From Syncephalis fuscata S228 (Eukaryota > Fungi > Zoopagomycota), in NCBI GenBank assembly GCA_025786725.1, contig JAHLTZ010000034.1:62001-126000 (forward strand): 64,000 bases of DNA. The letters are read 5' to 3'. Within the stretch, counting starts at the first letter, position 1; each line of letters starts with the position of its first letter. Of the stretch, positions 1-12,647 are shown one piece after another. The notes beneath the pieces were generated by a model. That model did no database searches. It saw only the letters and a program-made list of their open reading frames with translations, and was not told the origin of the DNA. Both the position numbers and the translations under genes were made by a program.

Positions 1-917
1 GTGGTATGTCGCGTATGCCAAAGGTTATCGATATTGTCAAAGGTCTATTCGGCCGCGATCCAACCAAGAGTGTCAATCCAGACGAAGCGGTAGCTATTGG
101 TGCCGCCATTCAAGGTGGTGTATTGGCCGGTGAAGTTACTAGCGTTCTATTGCTGGATGTAACACCATTGTCGCTTGGTATTGAGACATTGGGCGGTGTA
201 TTTACTCGTTTGATCAACCGTAACACAACAATTCCAACCAAGAAGTCGCAGGTATTCTCTACTGCCGCTGATGGCCAAACAGCCGTAGAGATTAAGGTGT
301 TCCAGGGTGAACGTGAGCTTGTACGCGATAACAAGATGTTGGGCAACTTCCAATTGACCGGTCTACCACCTGCACCTAAAGGTATTCCACAAGTCGAAGT
401 CACCTTCGACATTGATGCCGACGGCATTGTCAATGTCAGCGCCAAGGACAAGGCCACCAACAAGGACCAATCGATCACTATTGCCGCATCGTCTGGTTTG
501 AGCAAGGACGAGATTGCCGACATGATCTCACAGGCTGAAGAGCATGCTGATGCTGATCGTATGCGTAAGGAATCGATTGAAGCCTCTAACCAAGCCGATT
601 CTATCATCCATGACACTGAAAAGGCCATGTCTGAACACAAGGACCAACTTGACAAGGCTGAGGCTGAAAAGATTAAGCAACAGTTGACTGAATTGCGTGA
701 ATTGGCCGCCAAGGCACAAGCTGGCGACGGTGAAGTGAAGCCAGATGATTTGCGTGCCAAATCTGGTGAAGTGCAACAAGCTAGCTTGAAGCTCTTTGAA
801 ATGGTCTACAAGAACCGTGCCGCTCAAAACAACACCTCATCCGACTCTTCTTCATCATCCGACTCTTCATCCGAAGCCAAGGATGCCGACTACAAGGATG
901 TTAATGATAAGAAATAA
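1..917 (+). CDS. SSC1: Mitochondrial Hsp70 (mtHsp70), 3' part; 5' end lies outside the window
   Basis: [48 protein letters not shown] and [22 protein letters not shown] are mitochondrial/DnaK-type; no EEVD or HDEL terminus. Confidence 0.93.
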   Translation, partial: GMSRMPKVIDIVKGLFGRDPTKSVNPDEAVAIGAAIQGGVLAGEVTSVLLLDVTPLSLGIETLGGVFTRLINRNTTIPTKKSQVFSTAADGQTAVEIKVFQGERELVRDNKMLGNFQLTGLPPAPKGIPQVEVTFDIDADGIVNVSAKDKATNKDQSITIAASSGLSKDEIADMISQAEEHADADRMRKESIEASNQADSIIHDTEKAMSEHKDQLDKAEAEKIKQQLTELRELAAKAQAGDGEVKPDDLRAKSGEVQQASLKLFEMVYKNRAAQNNTSSDSSSSSDSSSEAKDADYKDVNDKK

Positions 918-1325
918 GTTATACCATGTTAATAGTAATATTGTTCATTAATCGACTATATTATTAGTCTTTTATTACTAGCATTATTACTTTTACACAC
1001 CACCCGCGCCTATTATTGTTGACCACAAACATTATTGCCATCCCATTGACTTTATTGTTTACGACAATTTACATGCGCGTGTAATATGCTTTTATGATTG
1101 AAAATGAATAAACAAATGATCTATTGATCTAAACAAATTGGTCTAATAGCAATAATCATATATCAATTAAATTAATACAATCTGGTTATTAATTAGATAA
1201 TGTCGTGTAATACGCTAATTAATCAACAATTTGGTCATTAATAAACAGATTATCATATTTGTACCGACGCATATTACACGACGCTAATAATTCTACTGCT
1301 TTCCTATTCTCTTTTGTTCAACACT

Positions 1326-2188
1326 ATGGCCGTTGTACTGCATCTTTTAGCGTATATCGGGCTATTCTCCGCGCTGATTCTAGTGACTATGTCACTGGGT
1401 AAGTAATCCATATTGATCTATTCAATAGCGATTAATATGACGCTTGTATTTAGCCTGTGGCCTATACTATTTGTCAGAACTTGTAGAAGAACATACAGTA
1501 TTGGCAGGACGGGCTATTCGTTGGATGACATGGGTCAGTAACGGTATAACAATTCATATTGGAATTGGATGAGATTAATTGTATATTGATGATATATATA
1601 ACTTGTAGACTGTCGCGGCAATTCAACTGGCTTTACTGTTTGACGGTCTTCCACTGCTGCGCGTATTTTATTCACTCGCCTGTCTAATAACGCTTAGTAC
1701 AAATATGCTGAATTTCCCCAATATACGACTATCAAGTCCAACATTTATACTTGGCTGTCGTAAGTAATATTGAAATATAGTTTTATAGATAAAACTGACC
1801 ATAACAACTATTTAGTTATGACGGTTGTTAATCATTTTCTATGGTTCCAGTACTTTAGTGCACATCCAGCAACATTGCTACAAGTGGCAGCATTCTTTGG
1901 TATATGTGTATGGCTTGTACCATTTGCTTATTTCCTTTCTTTAAGCACTGGCGATAATAGTTTGCCAACATTTGGTAAGTAGAATGTATGAATATGTATA
2001 AGATAGATTTGTATTAATCGCCTATGTTATATATTAATCGACTAGGTCAAGAGTCGTCAAGTGGCAGTGGTAATCGTGGACGAGTTAGTCTTGTAAAGAA
2101 TCTAATAGACACGATGACTGGCCGTAGCTCTACACCAGCCATGACAAGTGGATTACCTAGTGGTGTGAATTTTAGAAAAGATTTCTAA
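1326..2188 (+). CDS. SVP26: Svp26/TEX261-family ER/Golgi membrane protein (multi-exon)
   Basis: Spliced translation: MAVVLHLLAYIG...TMSLACGLYYLSELVEEHTVLAGR...NHFLWFQYF...VAAFFGICVWLVPFAYFLSLSTGDNSLPT; GT-AG introns. Confidence 0.85.
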
Positions 2189-2326
2189 TTAAATGATGTT
2201 TATTAACCTGTCATTCTAGTATATTTGTGTTCATATTATTATTGTTATTATAAATAGGATGTGTAATTAATAATAATTGACTTTATTCATATACAAATGG
2301 TAGTAAATGATGAATAAAGAATTTGA

Positions 2327-2729
2327 CTAAGCTATATCGGTTATTACAACAAGTGTGTCACCCGATTGTACTTGAAAGAATTTAACTTCACGTAGATCAT
2401 TGTCTAATTCGACCCATAGTGTATTATCCTAGTATCAATATTAACAATAGTTAGCAATTAGTATGTCATGTTGTTATTTATAATGACTTACGCCATCGGC
2501 TGCTTTGGTAAGACGGTAGATCTTTTGTCGATGGGCTGCTACACCAAGTAAGCGTTGAAGAATATTTTTAAGATTTCGTACAAGTGATGAGCCTAGTAAA
2601 TAATAAAAGTTAATTAATTATTTACTGTATTGTTTATGTATTACCAAGAAGTCTTTGGTTAATTGTTTTAATAGAATCACCATCATGTGAATGTCTCAAT
2701 GAAATGGTAACCTCTATTCATATATATAT

Positions 2730-2761
<32 letters not shown>

Positions 2762-3402
2762 TTAATATGTTTGTAATATATTTATTATTTGTTGTCATAG
2801 TTATTGTAACTTACGTAGTAATCTATCTTGTAATTTAGTAGGTGCTGGTGCTTGATTTTCATTCGGTGGTCCATGTACTGTACATTTTATTAATATATAT
2901 ATTTATTTATATCTATATTACTGCTTACTTTTGCATAAAGCCTTGTATCGAGAAAAGTAGCGTGTTCTCTCTTCATCTTTGCTCTTGTTATTCACCATGG
3001 GGAATTCCAACGCTGTTTTATTCAAGTAGTAGCGCTCACAATTGTTTCTTTCCTTGCTATCTACCTAGTTAATTATTAGTACTGTATTAATACAATTGCC
3101 AATATATTATCCAATAAATGTATCTACCTCTGATCCATTGAATTTTATAATACGACCCAAACGAGCAACGCCTAGTGTACGGAAATCAATTACGCTCATA
3201 TTGGTAGCTATTGGATTATCCTTTAAACTGATATAATCAAGTGCAGGTAGTCTGTTCAAATAATCAAGCATTTTCTCGTCATTTAGACGATTGCCTTGCA
3301 GGCTTAGATTGCTTATACGTAAGAATCCGTCACAAGGAATATCTGCCAGTGTATCAATTTGATTTCCATTCAAATTGAGGTTGGTTAAACTATTTGTATT
3401 AA

Positions 3403-3435
<33 letters not shown>

Positions 3436-4699
3436 TGTATGTATGTATATTAGCACTAATAACTAATATAATATATCTACTATTGAATTACCATGGCAAT
3501 TGAGCTAGACAAGCAATATCTTTCCAGCTAGTCAAATTGTTTTCATCAAGGGCCAGTGTCTTTAAATTTGGGAATATTTCTAATACAGTTTGCACATCTG
3601 TATCAAGTGTAGAAATACCATTATCGCCCAACATTAAAGTAGTCAATTGTGGTAGACTGCGACCAAGTATACAAGCCTAATTCATATCATATACAAAATA
3701 TAGTTACTGAAATTAAACAAATAGCACAACAATATTTTTAAATACCTGTGACCAAGATACTTGAGTATTGGTTAATCCCATATGTTGAATATGACTAAAA
3801 GCTGTAGAAAATATTGTATCCGGTAACAATGGCTCAAATCGATTGCCACTAATTATAATGAATGATATAAGCTGCGTAAATATTTACTAATTACATCAAT
3901 CCTAATTAACACGCACTTTAATTTCAATTCAGTTAAATGAACAAGCTCACTACAAATACTCGCTACAACATCCCAATGATTAAATAGATTACTTGAAAGA
4001 TCCAGATCCGCAATTACTAATACACAGTTAATTATTTATTGGACCATTTGCTATAATACAACATTTATTACTTACTAGGTGCTATTTGAGCAATCTCACC
4101 AGCAGGATCTGCTCGAATGATATTCTGCATAGATAAGCCAACAATCTTTAATTTATCCAATTGACTAATATGATTATAAATATTAACAGTGTTCTATAAC
4201 ATAACCATTTAACTACAATAAACTTACGACTGTTGTTTATTAATCTTGTCCCATCCAACTGTCTCGATAATAGTGCTGCTGTTGTTAAACGTCCATTTAA
4301 CATCGTGTTCAGCTGAGCCAAACTGAGTATATCGTTCACGTAACGCTTCAAGAAATGACACACGCGGTGGTAATTTGGTACGCCGTACAAAAGAGCCACT
4401 ATTAGGAACACTATAGAAACAAGAGCGAGAGCGAGAGAGAAAGAGAGAGAGAGTTAGACCATTAGTCACTTTACCTATATGTAATCGGATACTAGTTACC
4501 GGCATGTAAAGTAGGTCTGACCGTTTAAGGCGCCTGAATGCTTGCCCCAAGCTGGGTTATCCCATTCAACGCCTACCCATTCACCGGTCTGGTTGGTTAA
4601 CGGGCCATAGTAGCGAATGGTGCCCAAACGATCATCGATACAGACGCGGTCACCTGGACTAGGCGTATACAATTCGGTGGTTACAGGTGCCGACGTCAT
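2327..4699 (-). CDS. TBCE: Tubulin-folding cofactor E (CAP-Gly + LRR + ubiquitin-like domain), multi-exon
   Basis: CAP-Gly GTIRYYG..GEWVGVEWDNPAWGKHSG; LRR exons (LDLSSNL, LALDENNL, ISLKDNPI); C-terminal ELDNDLREVKFFQVQSGD. Confidence 0.9.
3406..3448. repeat. (TATG)n microsatellite inside a TBCE intron
   Basis: About ten tandem TATG units read directly. Confidence 0.9.
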
Positions 4700-4805
4700 T
4701 GAATTGTGTTCCAGTTGATGACTGAATAGTACAAAGTAAGAGAGAAGAGAGAAAAGCCCAGTACTTCGTTTCTAGTTCAGTTCTTTCTTTCCTATACACG
4801 TCACT

Positions 4806-5165
4806 ATGTCGCCAACAGTAAGTAATAACAATGCTGATAATAGCAATACTATGGATTGCACCTAATGCTGCTGTTGCTACTGTTACTATTAGATAAAAAT
4901 ACTTTATTTTGCTTCGGCGCGTGACGCCACCGATGTTGCTGAAGAAGAAGTAACGCTATCCAACAATGTACAGTCAGAGTCTACCGTCTCTAGCATAACA
5001 TTAGGTCGACTGCTAGCGATAGCTGTAGAACAACATCCAGCGTTGGCAAAGTGTTTGCAAACGGCAGTTATTGCTGTCAATATGGAGTATATCGATAAAG
5101 ATGAACATCGAGTACTGGTGGCTGGTGATGAAGTAGCTATCATTCCACCAGTGAGTGGTGGATAA
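4806..5165 (+). CDS. MOCS2A: Molybdopterin synthase small (sulfur-carrier) subunit, MoaD/ThiS family; missed by the ORF track
   Basis: ATG at 4806, one GT-AG intron (~4818-4892), then IKILYFASARDA...AVNMEYID...GDEVAIIPPVSGG* with the diagnostic C-terminal GG. Confidence 0.92.
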
Positions 5166-5288
5166 ATTAAGGCATATCAAAAGTCAAACCACCGTTATGG
5201 TACATAACAATTACTTAGTATACACACAAATATATTATATATTTAATAACTTGTGATATGAGGTCAAACTACATTAAAGATCATTGTA

Positions 5289-6567
5289 TTATAAAAACAG
5301 ATCACGTCTACGGTGATCCATCAAAGGCATTTCTCTACGTATACGTTCGAGATAATCGAGATCAATGTCGGCCAGAGCCAGTGTCGGTTCATCAGTGTCT
5401 TTACAACAAGCAATGACTTTACCCCATGGATCCACCATCTACATTATATAGACATATCATTATTATGATTTGTATATATTAACATGTTAATGACTATAAT
5501 TACCATAGCGTGACCGTAACTTGTTCGCTTCTCGTTATGTTGTCCACATTGTGCAGATGCCACTACAAATGTTTGTGTCTCAATGGCCCGTGCTCTTAAA
5601 AGTACCTCTAATCCATTACATATCAATATTAATTAACCATTCTCTATTGAATCCATCCTGATTAATACCCCAATGTGCCTGGCCAGTGAGTTGTGTAAAT
5701 GCTGATGGATAAGTAAGTATTTGTGCACCTTGTTCACGTAGATGGGCTGCCAATTCTGGAAAACGTAGATCATAGCACTAAATAGTGCAGCTCAGTTATA
5801 AACAATGCTTGTTCATTTCTGCACTATACTTACTACAGCAAGACCAATACGCCCAATAGGAGATGCCACTGGCGATTCTATCTTTTCCCCACGAAGTGTG
5901 CTGGCACTTTCAAATAACCGAGGACCATTAGCCACATTCTAATTTACTTTAATATTTGTAGTGTACTAGTTAAATAAATACTTTACCACATCAAATAAAT
6001 GTAATTTGCGATATTTGCCTTGAACATTGCCTTTATCATCAATCATCCAATGCGTGTTAAATATCTTACGAACCTTCAACATTGATTAGTATAGAAAATA
6101 AATGGTATATATGTATGCTTACTGGTTCTTCTAATGGTTTATCATCAACTACTGCTTCTACACTATTTGCACTATGGATTGCTGAGTTATTTGCAGCGGT
6201 ATCCATTGTATTGACCAGTTCAGATACTGAACTAACCGTTGACTCGTGTAATCCAACAGATACCCAGATGTGATGCTGTTTAGCCATTTGCTTAATCTCG
6301 CTTAGATACTGAGACGGCACTCCATTATAGGTTAACTCGACACTTTCACGCGAGTTATTAGTAATAAAATCAGATGCTTCTGGCAAAAACAATATCTAGT
6401 ATGTATGATATGTATATATCAAGTTAACGGCAAATATGCTTGCACTTGAATAGCCAGCAACTAACCTTAGCCCCTTGTTGAGCCGCATTAGCAATAAGCG
6501 TACGACATGCTTCCAAGTTCTGTCTCCACATAGCAGTGGCACAGAATTGACCAACAGCAGCCAGCAT
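5289..6567 (-). CDS. NIT1: Nit1-type deaminated-glutathione amidase (carbon-nitrogen hydrolase)
   Basis: [10 protein letters not shown]; catalytic E (FLPEASD), K (YRKLHLFDV) and C (VCYDLRFPE); [25 protein letters not shown]. Confidence 0.9.
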
Positions 6568-6797
6568 TACTGTTTAATGTAAAAGTTTAACCAGCCGACC
6601 AACTAAAAAGCACAATAACCGTGACAAATTTTAAATCAATCAAAATGTGCTGTTAATTAATTAATACACTATAAAACAAATAACATTTGAGCTAATTAAA
6701 AAGTAAAAATAGTCAATACATTTGAATTAAAATAGACCCGTTCTTTTCTCCTCATTACTTGTCATAATAACACTATATTATTATTATTATTATTATT

Positions 6798-9092
6798 ATG
6801 GCAACAACAGATAATAACGCGCCAGTTAAAGTGCAAGTACCCTATGCTTTGTTAAATTATGACTAATAATATAGATTAGTTTAATGGTGGGCCCTACAGT
6901 GGGTGGCACAGGAACAGATAGTGCGCAACAAGCGAAATTCAACATAAAAACACTACTTGGACGTGTCGCTTCACTCAATAAAAAGAGTGGACCATTTGAT
7001 ATTGCTATAATAGTAGGCGACATTTTTACAGATACCGAAGATGAAGCACAGAATACTATTATTGATACACTACTTAGCGGGAAAATAGATGGTTTGTATA
7101 AACTAGACTCTTCACTATCAATTACTTACTATAACATATATATAACTATATAGTACCTATCACTACTTATTGGGTACCAGGACGTAGATTATTACCACAA
7201 ACCATCAAAGATCATGTTGATAAAACAAATGGTGAATTGTGTCCTAATCTAACCTATCTTGGTAAGCCATTTGATAAATAACTAGTAGCCATCTATTGTC
7301 CATTCATACATGTATGAGTATATAGGTGTTTGTGGCATGTTAACCACAGCTCAAGGAATTAAACTTGCTTATGTAGGCGGTGCCGATACAAATGTAAGTT
7401 ATCATTAAATACAAATTAATAGCTATTTACTATTATTGTCATTATTGCTATAGATCACGACAACTACCTTGACATACAATCCAACAGAAGTCGAGTCATT
7501 ATTGAGCAAAGCAGGTGAACCAGACTTGTTGCTTACTTTTGAATGGCCCCAGAATGTTGTTCATGGTAGTCAGAAGCCATATTACAGCAGCTAGGTAGTG
7601 AAACGATAGCCAATGTAGTTACAACACTTCGTCCACGCTATCATTTTGCTGTATCAGAACGATCCTACTACGAGAGAGAACCATATCGATCTGGATCAAC
7701 CGATGGACATGTAACTAGATTTATTGGATTAGCACCATTTGGCAATAAAGAAAAGATGCAAGTAAGTAAAACATTGATATCCATAACCAATACTAATGAA
7801 CATATATATAAATATGGTAGTGGGCTTATGCAATGAGTCTTGTACCAACAGTAAAAATGTCAACTGAACAATTAGCCGAACAACCAGCGAATACAACTGA
7901 TCTACCATTCATTAATGCAGGTATTAAAAGAGCGTACAATACAGAGGATGACAGTGCAGGACATCAAGTACGATGGGGTGACAATACACAAGATGGGTCA
8001 ACTAAACGTGGTCGTCATTCAAGTAAGTCATTCTATACTAGTGTTACTATTAATATTAATATATATTATTAATAGAAGAACCCCCTGCAGGTTATGTGTG
8101 TCGTATCTGTAATCAGCCTGGTCATTTTATTAAAGAGTGCCCACAAAAGACAGAACGTTCTGCTTTACAAGCTACTAAAAGTAATAACTGAACTACATAG
8201 ACTATTTAAATAACTCATTATATATATATATATATATTAATACTATCTACTAGATACGGGTCCTTGTTGGTTCTGTTTAGGTAGTCCAGATGTGGCAAAG
8301 CATCTAATTGCTTCTATTGGCGAGACATTCTATATGGCATTGCCAAAAGGTTCATTAGTTGATGGTACCACATCCAATATACCTGGTGGTGGCCATATAC
8401 TGCTTATCCCTATTCAACATTGTGATAGTTTGCGTACAATGGATCCAGAAATGATTGCTTCATGGATGAAGAAAAGGATAAATATCTTAAAAGCTTAACT
8501 CAATTATATGCCGAGTATAATGCAGTACCAGTAGTATTTGAGCTTAATCGACCAGGTTCGCAACAACATGCCCACTTCCAGGTAAGTTTAGTATAAATAA
8601 GTCCAATAGACTGTTTATTAATATGTATATCTATATAGGTAGTACCGGTACCTAAGGATAAAATTGACGCAGTCAGTGAGGCTATAGAATCAATAACAAG
8701 TAAAAAACAAGGATTACAATTGGTGGATGAATTACCGGTAAATAGTAATAATCATTTAACAAATAGCTTACTAATCTATTCTATTCTATTTAGTCTGATT
8801 TGACAGTGAATACTTTAAATTGGATCTACCCAATGGTGAATCAATTATTTATACATATCAATCCCGAAAACACGTTAATGTGCAAATGGGCCGGTAAGTA
8901 ACATAGATACATTTTTGTCTATACTTATTTATAGCTAATTATATGGTAAATATTAATAGAGATATTCTAGCCCATGCACTAGGTACACCCGAGAGAGGTG
9001 ACTGGCGTCAGTGTGTAGTGTCAGATCAACAAGAAGCACAAGATACACAAGCGTTTAAACAAGCATTTAAACCATTTGATTTCACACTTTAA
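6798..9092 (+). CDS. CWF19L1: CWF19L1/Drn1-type spliceosome-disassembly protein (metallophosphoesterase-like + CwfJ domains, CCHC knuckle)
   Basis: KKSGPFD, GELCPNLTYLG, LRPRYHFA, YEREPY, VCRICNQPGHFIKECP, CWFCLGSPDVAKHLIASIG, GHILLIPIQH, QHAHFQVVPVP, FKPFDFTL*; apparent 1-nt frameshifts near 7590 and 8465. Confidence 0.88.
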
Positions 9093-9206
9093 CGTACAAT
9101 TAATGAATGATTTAACTGATTTAATTAACTTTTTCAATATGGCTACATTTGAAGGGCTATTATAAAGAATAAATTAGTAGCTATTCGTTAATAGAATGAC
9201 TCCTAT

Positions 9207-9617
9207 CTATAACTTACTGCGTCTTAATTGTTTACGCTGCCATCTTCGTTCACGAGCCTCTATACTACGTGCATATTTGCGTTGACGACCTATTGCTGTT
9301 GTTGTTGTTGTTTTACTAGTAATTGTTGTTGTATCGATATTGCTCTTCTTCTCTACCACTAAGCTAGATTCAACTTTATGGTTATCAACAACTACTACGG
9401 TTTTCTCTTCTATATCACTATCTGTATCACTGCTATCGTCTGATGAATCCTGTTTAGTATTAAACAACATGCTATCTTGTTTAACAGTATCCCAGGTAAA
9501 TGCATTATAGGCCTGCTGTTTAAGTCGCTTTGTTTTACTGTAACGGTCTTCTTGTTCACTGTCATCCGTACCACTGCCATTATCACTTTCAGATCTAGTA
9601 CGTTTATTCAATGACAT
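9207..9617 (-). CDS. Hypothetical low-complexity acidic/basic protein (136 aa)
   Basis: Single ATG ORF, S/D/E-rich with a basic C-terminus, lying head-to-head with VPS33; no family recognised. Confidence 0.5.
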   Translation of the reverse strand: MSLNKRTRSESDNGSGTDDSEQEDRYSKTKRLKQQAYNAFTWDTVKQDSMLFNTKQDSSDDSSDTDSDIEEKTVVVVDNHKVESSLVVEKKSNIDTTTITSKTTTTTAIGRQRKYARSIEARERRWQRKQLRRSKL

Positions 9618-9833
9618 CTCAGTGACTGTATTGTTTAAAAGTATCGATGGTCGTGTAGTCGTAGTAAATAATAAATAGTCAGTTAAATAGTGTAAATAAA
9701 ATAAAAAGAAAGAATTCTATTACTATTACACCTCTATTCTATGAAAACGTCATTAACACCACCACCAGTTTCTTTCATCATTTCTATTGATACTTGCTAC
9801 CATCATTGTTGAGTTGTGTATATTGAATTCAGT

Positions 9834-12548
9834 ATGGGACTTGGTCTAAAACAAGACTCATCTACAGAAGGAACGGGCCAGCATGCTGTAAATACAGCCA
9901 CGTTTGAAGATGCAGCCCGTAAAGAGTTAATGGATGCTTTGGACGAGGTACACTACAAGTGTCGCTATCCATTGAATAATACTGACATCAGTCTATTTGT
10001 TAGGTCTATAGCCGTAAAGATATAGTACTTGACCCACAACTTGTTGGTCCATTGAATCGAATTACAGATATCCAATTCTTTAAGGTAATTAGATAGATCA
10101 ATCTACACGTATGAGTAATAATGTAAATAGGATCATGGTGTTGGAAAAGTACACTATTTAGATGAACATACGGTAGAGACAGAAAGCAACGTACTTATTT
10201 ATATCTGTCGACCCAAAATGATTTACATGCAATATATTGCCGGTAAGTAATTAAACTAATTGTATAAATGTATCCATTAATAGTTATTAGATCATATTAA
10301 AAAGTATGAAAGAGAAGGGAAATCCATGATCTATAAAATATTTATGGTGCCTCGAATTACACTTGTTTGTCAACAAATACTTGAACAAGAAGGCGTTTTA
10401 GGCAATATCCTTTTTGTAGCTCACACTAATTATTGTATTAATGTTAATAGTTGATACCATTAACTTATTTACTGATGATTGTGTACGTGTGGAATTGGAC
10501 GATTGTGCCATTGATATGATTCCATTAGATACCGATTTGTTATCATTGGAACTTAAAGATACATTCAAAGGGTTGTATATTGTATGTAACCATATTATTG
10601 GCGTATATTAACTAGTAACTAACGATTAAATAATATAGGATGGCGATTATTCCTCTTTATATAATGTGGCCAGAGCAGTGATGCGACTACAAACAGAGTA
10701 CGGGTTCTTTCCACGTATTCTCGGTAAAGGAGATATGGCCAAGGTATATTTTATAAAGGTTTCAATAACTATATCAACATATTTATTTATATATATGTAT
10801 ACGTGTGTATACTGGTGCTTTAGGTACTGACAGATATATTACTACAAATGCGTCGAGAATTGGCTACACAAAATGAAGTAGTTAAAGAAGGAGCCAGTTT
10901 ATCGGTAGTAGTTGATTCACTCGTTATTATTGATCGGTCAATCGACTTGGTCTCTCCGCTATGTACTCAGCTTACCTATGCCGGTCTAGTTGATGAACAC
11001 TATGGCATTGAGGATGGTTAGTATAGATTATATATATTGTAGGTATTTATTGTTGAATTGATCATCATCTAGGCTATATTAAATTGGATATGCATGCAAA
11101 GGGTGCACCAGTAGCATCTACCTCTAGTAGTGCCTCGCCATTATCTTCGCCAACTACTACCAGCGGTAGTAGGAAGAAGAAGGTTCAATTGGATGCACGA
11201 GACAACTTGTACAGTATAATAAGAGATCTTAACTTCTCAGCTGCCACAGCTGAATTGCAGCAATTTGCTAAACGTCTCCAAGAAGGACAAGAGGTAGTAG
11301 CTACACTATAGAATGCAGACTACATCAATAACTTTGTATAATGTAGAAACGGCACAACATGCAATCCATCAATCAAATACGAGAGATGGCCGGTCGTCTT
11401 AACGAACTACAAGCGGATAAACAGTCGTTAACAACACGTATCCTATTTAATTAGCTAATTAATCAAAAGAATATTATGTTATAGCTTTACATCAATTGAC
11501 GTGTAGATGTAACCATTATCGAAAATATTCAAAAGTGGATTGATACCGATGGTTTCAGAGATTATCTAGAGGCACAACAAGGTAAGTATTGCGTTGATGT
11601 CTAATGTTATGATTAAATAATAAATTATTACAATTTAGGATTATTGGATGGACAAGATACAAATATACATAATGCATTGGTAGAAGAACTTATTAATCAA
11701 CAAGCTCCCATTGAACATGTACTTCGCCTACTGTGTCTGCAATCACTAGTGAATAATGGGCTTAAAGTAAAGCAATATGACTATTTCCGACAAGAAATTG
11801 TCCAGGTAACATAATTTTTGTTTAATTAAGCAAAATAATGGCTATATTTAGTATAAACTATCAACTAATTAACCATTTAATGTTCTACTAATTAGACTTA
11901 TGGCTATGAACATATGTTGACACTTCAACGATTGGTCAAGGCTGGCCTATTGGTAGCTCAAGGCAGTGGACGCAATCACTATCCAACACTGCGTAAACAG
12001 TTACGACTTAGTGTACCCGATGTTGATGAGCATCAACCCACGGATATTGCCTATGTTTATTCAGGCTATGCGCCATTGAGTGTACGTCTTGTGCAGTGTG
12101 CTAGTCGAGTGCCCAGTCGTGGTCTAGCCGGTATTAGTGGCTGGCGTGGCTACGAGGACACTCTTCGTTTAATAAAAGGCGAGACAGTTGACGAGGCCCA
12201 ACGCGTAGATGATGGCATATCACAACGTAAGTAACCATTTAATAAGAGTACATTTACATATTAATATATATATATATTCTACTCTATTCTAGAATGGACG
12301 AAACGAGCTAATAAGGAGAGAACTACCGTTGTTCTCTTCCTTGGTGGTTGTACGTTCACTGAAGTGGCGGCACTTCGATTCCACGCTCAAAAGGAACAAG
12401 GTAGGCTATGGATGAAGTGCAATAACACCATTATACTAATAATACTAATAACTCTATAGTTGGTCGGCACTATCTAATTCTTACTACAGAAATGCTCGAT
12501 GGTAAACGATTGATGCATTCTTTGATAGAACGACCACAGAATAAATAA
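9834..12548 (+). CDS. VPS33: Vps33 Sec1/Munc18-family HOPS/CORVET subunit (multi-exon)
   Basis: EQEGVLG..IPLDTDLLSLEL, YGFFPRILGKG, IIDRSIDLVSPLCTQLTYAGLVDE, IRDLNF, PTDIAYVYSGYAPLSVRLVQ, VLFLGGCTFTEVAALRF. Confidence 0.92.
10405..10486 (+). other. U12-type (minor spliceosome) AT-AC intron in VPS33
   Basis: 5' ATATCCTTTT, branch-like ACCATTAAC, 3' GTAC; removal gives in-frame GVLGSVELDDCAIDMIPLDTDLLSLEL. Confidence 0.85.
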
Positions 12549-12647
12549 TAACCATGATTTATAGTATAATTTGTGATAAAAAAGCGTTTTACTATTTATT
12601 AATTGTCATAATATTAATCATAATAAGAATGAAGTTGGTCATGTTGA

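Noticed and set aside
110-760. Long antisense ORF over Hsp70, and similar ones over RPL3 (49407-50342) and PSP1 (41524-41994)
   Set aside because: Shadow frames caused by codon bias of the real genes; no independent motifs
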